Program-made: the position numbers and the translations under genes
The notes under the pieces: generated by a model
What the model was told of the DNA's origin: nothing
Seen by the model: only the letters and a program-made list of their open reading frames with translations
Database searches by the model: none
In this document: positions 56,998 to 64,000 of the stretch, piece by piece
How the letters are laid out: each line of letters begins with the position of its first letter
Numbering within the stretch: position 1 is the first letter of the stretch
NCBI GenBank assembly: GCA_965203905.1
Contig: CBDBDQ010000005.1
Coordinates: 384,001 to 448,000, forward strand
DNA length: 64,000 bases
Direction: 5' to 3'
From: Spirochaetia bacterium
GTDB lineage: Bacteria; Spirochaetota; Spirochaetia; SZUA-6; Bin103

Positions 56998-57456
56998 ATG
57001 CTGATCCGGCGCGCGCAACGCGAAGACCTCGAGGCGATCTGCGCGGTCGACGCGCGCGCCTTCGGCACCGGGCCCTACGCCGCGGCCCGCGACCGCGCCG
57101 GCGACGCCGCCTGGCGCGACCAGCGCCGCGCCGAGATCACCTCGTGGTACCGCGACCACTACCGCGAGACCTTCGTCGCCATCGTCGACCGCCGCGTCGT
57201 GGGACTGGCCGGCTACCGGCCGGTCGCGGGCAGCACCGGGGTGATCCACAACAACGCGGTGGATCCCGACTACCAGGGCCGGGGCATCAGCACCCGGCTG
57301 GTGCGGCGGGTGATCGAGGAGCTGAAGGCGCTGGGAGTGGCGCGGATCGAGGTCGTCACCGCCCACGTCCCGGCCGCCCTCCACCTGTACCGGAAGGTGG
57401 GGTTCACGATCCGCGACCGGCGCGGCGCGCACCACATCCTGGACCAGGAGGTCTGA
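56998..57456 (+). CDS. GNAT family N-acetyltransferase
   Basis: AVDPDYQGRGIS motif A, ALHLYRKVGF. Confidence 0.9.
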   Translation: MLIRRAQREDLEAICAVDARAFGTGPYAAARDRAGDAAWRDQRRAEITSWYRDHYRETFVAIVDRRVVGLAGYRPVAGSTGVIHNNAVDPDYQGRGISTRLVRRVIEELKALGVARIEVVTAHVPAALHLYRKVGFTIRDRRGAHHILDQEV

Positions 57457-57473
57457 GAACCGGCCCACGCCAT

Positions 57474-57708
57474 GCTGCCGGCCGACGATCCCGAAGAAAA
57501 TCCCAGAAAGTTGCAGGAAATCACTTGACGCTTTTTCACCCGCTCATGGCGGCCTTCCATGGGCCGTTCCGGCGCCTCCGACTCTCCAGAGAACACTTGA
57601 CGCCCGCTGGCTCGACAGCGCGCTGCTACGCTCGTCCTGAAGCCTCTCCGACGCCCGTCCGAGACCTGACAGATCATGGTAGTTTCAATCTAATGGTATA
57701 TTTACGCC
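57474..57708 (+). promoter_or_regulatory. Conserved 5' leader of HNH gene, copy 2
   Basis: Collinear with 30772-31010; TGG-TATATT extended -10-like box 6 nt before ATG. Confidence 0.7.
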
Positions 57709-59256
57709 ATGACTAACGTGACCATATCAGCCTCCGAAGAGCTCTTCTCCACCGTGGCCGCGCTCCCCGATCAGGTGTTGCTGGAGCAGACCAGGATGCT
57801 CGCCCGCCACGAGCAGGCGCTGCAACTCAGCGTCCTCGACCACCTGCGCGAGATCGAGGCCCGTCGCCTCTATCTGCACCTCGGCTACTCCAGCCTGTTC
57901 GACTACACCGTGCGCGAGCTGCACTATACCGAGGCAGCCGCCTGGCGGCGTATCAAGGCCATGCGCCTGTGCCGTGAGACCCGCGGCGTCCGCGAGCGGC
58001 TGCAGGACGGCTCGCTGAACCTGAGCAACGCCGCCCTGTTGCAGAACTCCTTCGAGCGCTGGGAGCGCAGTGGAGGCGGTCCGGTCGCTGCCGGATCGGC
58101 GGGAGCCGGACAGGGCGCCGCGGAATCGGCGACAGCCGGCACCAACGCCGCGCCGCGCGCCGGCTCGGCTCCCGCGGCGGCGCCCGGCGAGGCGGCGGGT
58201 GCGCCCTTGCCGGTGCTGGATGCGCACGCCCGGCAAGAGCTGGTGGAGCGCGCGATGGGCAAGAGCACGCGGCAGGTGCAACAGATGCTGGCCGAGGTGG
58301 ATCCCGAGGCGGCTGCGCCCGCCGAGCGGCTGCGCGCGCTGGGGGACGGGCGCTGGGAGTTGAAGGCGGTGATCGACGCCGAATGCCAGCGCGGACTGCA
58401 GCAGTTGCGGGAGCTGCTGTCGCACGTGGATCCACACCTGACGGTCGGGCAACTCGTCGGGCGGCTGGTGCGGGAGGGAGTGGAGCGCTACGACCCGAGC
58501 CGACCCCCGCGCCGGAAGCGGAGGAAGTCCGATCCTGCCGGTGATGAGTGTTCCGCGGAGACAGCGGGACGGGAGACGGCAGATCGCGTTGCCGCTGCGG
58601 CGGAGAACCCGCGCCGGGCCGGGAAGTCTGCGGCGCCGACGACCTCCCCGTCCGCACCTAACCGATCCGTGAAGCCGACGGCAGTGGGCACTTCGCCGGC
58701 CGTCTTGCCAGCAGGCGGAGGCTCTGGGGAAGCTTCGCCCAAGAGAGGCCTCGGGCCGCCGCCGGGCAGCCGTACTCCGGCGCCGAGATACGTAGCGCCG
58801 CGTGCAGAGCGCGCCGGGAGCGCCGGCGATGCGGTGGCGACAGAGCCGACTTCGGCGCCGAAGGTCCGCGTGGCAGCCGGCAGTTCGATCGCGGTTCCGA
58901 GCTCCCACAGCGCGGGATCGGCGGAGCAGACTTCGGCGGCGAAGCTTGACGGGGCCGGCGGCGCGGGATCGACCGCGCGGACTGCGGCGGCGAAGTCAGG
59001 AAAGTCGTCCGGCAGATTGATTCCGGCTGCGGTCAGGCGCGAGGTTTGGCGGCGGGATTCAGGCTGCTGCAGCTACGTCGACCGGCATACCGGGAGGCGC
59101 TGCGGCTCGCGCTTCTTCCTGGAGATCGACCACATCGTGCCGGTCGCGCGGGGCGGCGGCGCGGAGGCGGGGAATTTGAGGCTCCGCTGTGCGGCTCATC
59201 ACCGTTACCGGCACGGTCGGCGGCAGCGCTCCGCGCCGCGAGACTCGGTGACGTGA
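57709..59256 (+). CDS. HNH endonuclease with helical DUF222-like N-terminal domain, copy 2
   Basis: Same three conserved blocks as 31011-32699; C-terminal LEIDHIVP...GNLRLRCAAHH. Confidence 0.88.
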   Translation: MTNVTISASEELFSTVAALPDQVLLEQTRMLARHEQALQLSVLDHLREIEARRLYLHLGYSSLFDYTVRELHYTEAAAWRRIKAMRLCRETRGVRERLQDGSLNLSNAALLQNSFERWERSGGGPVAAGSAGAGQGAAESATAGTNAAPRAGSAPAAAPGEAAGAPLPVLDAHARQELVERAMGKSTRQVQQMLAEVDPEAAAPAERLRALGDGRWELKAVIDAECQRGLQQLRELLSHVDPHLTVGQLVGRLVREGVERYDPSRPPRRKRRKSDPAGDECSAETAGRETADRVAAAAENPRRAGKSAAPTTSPSAPNRSVKPTAVGTSPAVLPAGGGSGEASPKRGLGPPPGSRTPAPRYVAPRAERAGSAGDAVATEPTSAPKVRVAAGSSIAVPSSHSAGSAEQTSAAKLDGAGGAGSTARTAAAKSGKSSGRLIPAAVRREVWRRDSGCCSYVDRHTGRRCGSRFFLEIDHIVPVARGGGAEAGNLRLRCAAHHRYRHGRRQRSAPRDSVT

Positions 59257-59476
59257 GCAAAATGGCAGCGCCGGAGATCGGCTCAGCGCGCGACACATCT
59301 CCTGGGCGCCGAGCCGCGGGCGCCGGGTGTCGCAGCGCTGGTGGCTGTACACGCTGTGGCGTTCGTGTGTGGACTCTTCGCGTGGCAATGCGCCGCCGCC
59401 ATCGCCTCCAGGGTCAATGACTTCCTCCTGCCGCGTTCGGCGTTCGCAGCGCCCGAGCACCCGGAGCGCCCTCGGC

Positions 59477-59505
59477 TTGACACCGGTCCGGCGCCGCTCT
59501 AGGCT
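59477..59505 (+). promoter_or_regulatory. Sigma70-type promoter of sugar ABC operon
   Basis: TTGACA-17 nt-TAGGCT. Confidence 0.65.
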
Positions 59506-59532
59506 CGCCACGCTGCGAACCGGGCGCAGCCC

Positions 59533-60510
59533 ATGAGTGCAAGTTCTCCCATGAGTACGCAGACCGCATCGACAGCTACCTCGAACACGCTGCACGGTTC
59601 CGGCAGGATCGCGGACATCCGCAAGCGGGTACGGCGGCACCGGCAGCTCTACCTGGTGGTGTTTTTCCCGCTTGCATTCGTGGTGGTGTTCCGCTACCTG
59701 CCGATGTACGGGCTGCAGCTCGCATTCAAGGACTTTCTGATCCTGGACGGAATCTGGGGCAGTCCATGGGTCGGATTCCGGCACTTCGAACTGTTCTTCA
59801 AGTCCTACCACTTCAACCGCCTGCTGTCCAATACCATCGGCCTCAGCGTGTACAGCATCGTGGCCGGGTTGCTGCCGCCGATTCTGATCGCAATCGCGCT
59901 CAACGAGACCCGCAACGTCATGTTCAAAAAGAGCGTGCAGATGGCGGTCTACGCACCCTATTTTCTCTCCACCGTGATCGTCACCAGCATGCTGATCCAG
60001 ATTCTTTCGATCAGCGGCATCGTCAATCAGTTCATCGAACTCTTCGGGCTGCCGCCGATACAGTTTCTCGGCGAACCGCGCTCATTCAAGTCGATCTACG
60101 TGTGGTCCGGAGTGTGGCAGTACTCCGGTTATGGAGCGGTGATCTACCTGGCTGCCCTGGCCGGCATCAATCCGGAACTGTATGAGTCTGCCCGTGTCGA
60201 CGGCGTTTCCAAGTGGCAGCAGATCCGCTACATCGACATTCCCGGCATCCTGCCGGTGGCGATCATCCTGCTGATCCTGGAGACCGGACGCGTGTTCGAC
60301 GTCGGTTTCGAGAAGGTGCTGCTGCTGCAGAACCCGATGAACATGAGCTCCTCGGACGTCATCGACACCTTCGTCTATCGCCAGGGCCTGGTCAACTTCG
60401 AGTACTCCTACTCCACCGCCGTCAACCTGTTCAAGTCGGTTGCCAATCTGATCCTGCTCAGTGCCGTGAACTGGGTAGCGCGGCGCTACAGCGAGACCAG
60501 CCTGTGGTAA
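59533..60510 (+). CDS. Carbohydrate ABC transporter permease (LplB-like)
   Basis: YLPMYGLQLAFKDF, SPWVG, ELYESARVDG, GFEKV. Confidence 0.93.
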   Translation: MSASSPMSTQTASTATSNTLHGSGRIADIRKRVRRHRQLYLVVFFPLAFVVVFRYLPMYGLQLAFKDFLILDGIWGSPWVGFRHFELFFKSYHFNRLLSNTIGLSVYSIVAGLLPPILIAIALNETRNVMFKKSVQMAVYAPYFLSTVIVTSMLIQILSISGIVNQFIELFGLPPIQFLGEPRSFKSIYVWSGVWQYSGYGAVIYLAALAGINPELYESARVDGVSKWQQIRYIDIPGILPVAIILLILETGRVFDVGFEKVLLLQNPMNMSSSDVIDTFVYRQGLVNFEYSYSTAVNLFKSVANLILLSAVNWVARRYSETSLW

Positions 60511-61415
60511 GCTTGCCGGGCCGCCGTCAGCGGGTGCGGGTCGGCTTCACCGACCGCGTCTTCTACCTCGTCATCGGCCTGTTCCTGCTCGTTTGTTTCG
60601 TCGTCGTGATCCTGCCGCTGGCCAACGTGCTGAGCAATTCGCTGAGCTCCGCAACCGCGGTGGCGCGCGGCGTGGTGTGGCTGGTGCCGGTCGAGTTCAC
60701 CCTGGGTTCCTACCTGCGCATCCTCGAGGACGGGCAGATGCTGCGCGGGATGTACAACTCCCTGTTCTACACCACCATCGGCACCGTCCTGAACGTGACC
60801 CTGACCATCATGGCGGCCTATCCGCTGGCCCGGAAGACCTTTTACGGCAGGAAGTTGATCACCATCATCCTGGCCTTCACGCTGCTTTTTTCCGGTGGCA
60901 TCGTGCCGCGGTTCCTGATGGTCAAGTCGCTTGGCATGGTCGATACGCGATGGGCCATGATTCTGCCGGAGGCGGTGCTGGTGTGGTATGTGATCATCGC
61001 CCGTACCTTTCTGCAGAACACCATTCCGCAGGAGCTGTACGACGCCGCCGAGATCGACGGTGCCAGCGACGTGCGCATCATCACCAGCGTCGTAGTACCC
61101 CTGTCCGGGCCCATCGTCGCGGTGTTGAGCCTGTTCTACGCGGTAGTCCACTGGAACCGCTACTTCGACGCCCTGATCTTCCTGAAGTCGGAGCACCTGT
61201 GGAATCTTCAGCTCGTGTTGCGCAACATCATCATGAGCGCCGCCAGGCTGATCGGCGAGGAGCAGGACATCGGCAATGCCATGCTGATACAGGAGCAGAT
61301 CGAGGTGATGAAGTACGCCGTGATCGTATTTGCCGCAGTGCCCATCATGCTGCTGTATCCGTTCGTGCAACGCTATTTCATCAAGGGAATCATGATCGGT
61401 TCGCTCAAGGGATGA
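60504..61415 (+). CDS. Carbohydrate ABC transporter permease (LplC-like)
   Basis: FSGGIVP, ELYDAAEIDGAS, YPFVQRYFIKGIMIGSLKG. Confidence 0.93.
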   Translation: MVSLPGRRQRVRVGFTDRVFYLVIGLFLLVCFVVVILPLANVLSNSLSSATAVARGVVWLVPVEFTLGSYLRILEDGQMLRGMYNSLFYTTIGTVLNVTLTIMAAYPLARKTFYGRKLITIILAFTLLFSGGIVPRFLMVKSLGMVDTRWAMILPEAVLVWYVIIARTFLQNTIPQELYDAAEIDGASDVRIITSVVVPLSGPIVAVLSLFYAVVHWNRYFDALIFLKSEHLWNLQLVLRNIIMSAARLIGEEQDIGNAMLIQEQIEVMKYAVIVFAAVPIMLLYPFVQRYFIKGIMIGSLKG

Positions 61416-61479
61416 GTCGAATTCGCACCCGACCGGAGAGAAGGCCGCGAACAACGGCGAGCCTTCCAAGGAGGAGAAT

Positions 61480-63168
61480 ATGAAGAGTCTGCTGACATTC
61501 GCGTTGACCGTGATGCTCAGTATGGTTATGGTGGCTGCCGCCTTTGGCGGTGCCGAAGGTGAAGCCGCGGCGACCGGCGGCGTCACGCTGACGGAGCCGG
61601 GGACGTTCCCGATCACGGAGGAGCCGAGCGAGATCTCGCTGTTCACCTACGGCGGCGCCGCCGAGGGCGACCTGCCGAACAGTTGGCTGACCGCCTTCCT
61701 GCAGGAGAAGACCAACGTTTCGATCGATTTCCACCTGACGCCGACGGAACGGTTCAAGGAGCAGATGAACCTGATGATCGCCAGCGGCGAGTTCGTCGAC
61801 GTGATCATCGCCCAGGGGAATTCGCTCACCCAGTTGTCGCGGCCCGAGGAGATGCGCTTGATCCAGCAGGGCATTCTGATGCCGCTGGACGATCTCATCG
61901 AGACCCAGAGCGTCTGGTACAAGCAGCGCCTGGACGAGCTGCCCGGCTTCCGCGAGGCGGTCACGGCCCCGGACGGCCACATCTACGACTTCGGCACCGT
62001 CGGTGGCTGTTTCCACTGCAAGTACGGGCAGAAGATGTGGATCAACCAGACCTGGCTCGATCGCCTCGGCCTGGAAATGCCTACCAATACGGACGAGTTC
62101 TACCAGGTGATGAAGGCGTTCAAGGAACAGGACGCCAACGGCAACGGCGACCCCAATGACGAGTGGCCGATCAACACGGCAAAGGCCGGCGCCTGGGTCC
62201 AGATCGACGGCTTCCTGATGATGCCGTTCCAGTTTTCGGACGTGCGTCAGAGCCAGGTGCGCCGCCTGTACGTGGATGACGGCACCATCAAGGCCGCCTA
62301 CATGCAGCCCGGCTACCGCGACGGCCTGCGCTACCTGAAGCGGATGTGGGACGAGGGCTTGATCTACCCCGATTCCTTTACCCAGGACCGGAACCAGTCG
62401 AAGCGGCTCAACCAGTCGGGCGAGCACGCCATCTTCGGCGCGGTCCCGGCGATGCACCACGGTTACTTCTCGGTGGGCAGCGGACCCGAGGTGCGCTGGC
62501 GCGAGTACTCCGGCGTGCCGCCGCTGGACGGGCCCATGGGGCGCGAGACGCCCTACTACGGCTATCCGTTCAACACCGGCACCACCTTCCTGACCAGCCA
62601 GGCGCGGCTGCCGGAAGTGGCGTTCCGCCTGATCGACTGGCTCTACTCCGACGAGGGCTCAACCGCGGGAGCGTACGGCCAGGAGGGCAAGAGCTGGCGC
62701 AGCCCGGAACCGGGTGAGCTGGCGGTCAACGGCAAGCCCGCCAAGATCGCCCCGCAGGCGGTGCCGGAGGACGATCCCTACTATCAGAACTTCACCTGGG
62801 GCAACCGCAGCAGCTACTACTCGTTCCTGCACAGTTGGCGCAGCTCCCATCAGGACTACATGGTCCCCGGACCGGGAGACTCGGAGCGGTTCCTGTACGT
62901 GTTCAGCGAAGTGTACGAGCCGTTCGGCGCGGCGCTGGAGAAGATGATGCCGCCGTTGTGGTATTCCATGGACAGCATCTCCGAGCTGTCGCAGATCTAC
63001 GCCACCCTCGACGAGTTCGTGTACGAGTCGGCGGTCGCGTTCATCACCGGCACCAAGGACATCGAGACCGAATGGGACGACTACCAGGACGAGCTGCGCG
63101 CCATCGGCGTGGAGCGCTACCTGGAGATTACCCAGGAGGCATACGACAGCAGCGAGTTCGCCAAGTAG
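61480..63168 (+). CDS. Carbohydrate ABC transporter substrate-binding protein (LplA-like)
   Basis: Signal peptide, WINQTWLDRLGLEMP, KAFKEQDANGNGDPNDE. Confidence 0.92.
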   Translation: MKSLLTFALTVMLSMVMVAAAFGGAEGEAAATGGVTLTEPGTFPITEEPSEISLFTYGGAAEGDLPNSWLTAFLQEKTNVSIDFHLTPTERFKEQMNLMIASGEFVDVIIAQGNSLTQLSRPEEMRLIQQGILMPLDDLIETQSVWYKQRLDELPGFREAVTAPDGHIYDFGTVGGCFHCKYGQKMWINQTWLDRLGLEMPTNTDEFYQVMKAFKEQDANGNGDPNDEWPINTAKAGAWVQIDGFLMMPFQFSDVRQSQVRRLYVDDGTIKAAYMQPGYRDGLRYLKRMWDEGLIYPDSFTQDRNQSKRLNQSGEHAIFGAVPAMHHGYFSVGSGPEVRWREYSGVPPLDGPMGRETPYYGYPFNTGTTFLTSQARLPEVAFRLIDWLYSDEGSTAGAYGQEGKSWRSPEPGELAVNGKPAKIAPQAVPEDDPYYQNFTWGNRSSYYSFLHSWRSSHQDYMVPGPGDSERFLYVFSEVYEPFGAALEKMMPPLWYSMDSISELSQIYATLDEFVYESAVAFITGTKDIETEWDDYQDELRAIGVERYLEITQEAYDSSEFAK

Positions 63169-63253
63169 GCGGCGACCGCTTCGGCGCTCGCGTGGCGGAA
63201 GTTCCGGCTTTCGCCGCGCGGTGCGCTCAACAAGGGCCGGGAGGAATACCGCA

Positions 63254-64000
63254 ATGATGACGGCCGAGCAACGCTACCTGTTCGACCTGCACGGTTATCT
63301 GCACCTGAGAAACGTGCTCTCCGCCGACGAGCTGGCCGCGGCGCGGGCGGCGGCCGAGCGCTACGTCGACTCGCCGCCCGACGAGCTGCCGGAGGGGTTC
63401 CGCGTCGACGGCAGGCGCTACGAGCACGGCTTCGCCTTCGACCGCGCCCTGGAGCGGCTCACCATGCACCCGGCGACCTGGCCGATCGTCACCGAGCTGA
63501 CCCGCGGCCGCCCGCGGCTGGTCAGCGGCACGCTGCAGATCAACGCCGCGGCGACCGACCAGGTGCAGCCCCTGCGCCTGCACTGCGCCCGCGACGACTA
63601 CGGCTGGGACGCGATCCGCTACGAGGTGCGCGACGGCCGCATCTTCTGCGACCACACGGTGGTGTTTCCCTACCTCACCGACGTCCATCCCGGCGACGGC
63701 GGGCTGGTGGTGGTGCCCGGCTCCCACAAGTCGCTGTTCGAGCGGCCGCGGGAACTGTTCAACAACGGGGTGGTCGAGTCCCTCGAGCAGTTCCCGGCGG
63801 GGGTGGAGAACATCACCCCGCGCGCCGGCGACATGGTGGTGATGAACGAGCTGGTGACCCACGGCGCGCTGCCGTGGACCCCGCGCGACCGCAGGCGCAT
63901 GATCCTGGTGCTGCGCTACATGCCGCAGTACAGCCACGCCCCCGACATCCCCGAGGCGGTGCAACGGCGGCTCACCCCGGAAGTACTGGAGCTCACCAGC
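63254..64000 (+). CDS. Phytanoyl-CoA dioxygenase (PhyH) family protein, 3' truncated by window edge (absent from ORF track)
   Basis: SD GGAGG then MMTAEQRYLFDLHGYLHLRNVL, YLTDVHPGDGGLVVVPGSHK, ELVTHG. Confidence 0.88.
   Translation, partial: MMTAEQRYLFDLHGYLHLRNVLSADELAAARAAAERYVDSPPDELPEGFRVDGRRYEHGFAFDRALERLTMHPATWPIVTELTRGRPRLVSGTLQINAAATDQVQPLRLHCARDDYGWDAIRYEVRDGRIFCDHTVVFPYLTDVHPGDGGLVVVPGSHKSLFERPRELFNNGVVESLEQFPAGVENITPRAGDMVVMNELVTHGALPWTPRDRRRMILVLRYMPQYSHAPDIPEAVQRRLTPEVLELTS

Noticed and set aside
57270-57677. Minus-strand ORF across the HNH leader as a conserved small protein
   Set aside because: Similarity to copy 1 is explained by DNA homology; starts, lengths and frames are not shared. 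Not fully excluded.
62002-62025. CFHC in the sugar SBP as a c-type heme site
   Set aside because: Motif is CxxC followed by K, not CxxCH; more likely a disulfide.

Overview
High-GC bacterial window dominated by solute uptake and catabolism. It holds seven ABC transporter loci (six DppA/B/C-type, partly incomplete, and one Lpl-type sugar system), none with an ATPase gene. It also holds five PhyH-type Fe(II)/2OG dioxygenases, two Asp-box (sialidase-like) proteins, GH127-like hydrolases and assorted dehydrogenases and hydrolases. Other content: a histidine-kinase/receiver cluster with an orphan NMT1-type binding protein, three type II toxin-antitoxin modules (one with a frameshifted toxin) and many short gene remnants. 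The Cys-less A-G-G-x-E-E signal peptides and the PhyH/ABC expansion suggest a Spirochaetota-like, possibly host-associated organism (inference only). The most unusual feature is a pair of diverged HNH-nuclease genes (31011-32699 and 57709-59256). They share a collinear ~240-bp non-coding leader and carry a hypervariable linker punctuated, in frame, by a recurring 14-16-bp palindrome (CTTCG-N4-CGAAG) separated by non-conserved sequence; this is a candidate undescribed mobile or array-bearing element. A near-identical 76-bp inverted repeat also brackets a 13.7-kb block (16537-30249). I saw no rRNA, tRNA or CRISPR array. All calls are by eye from motifs, with no database searches.
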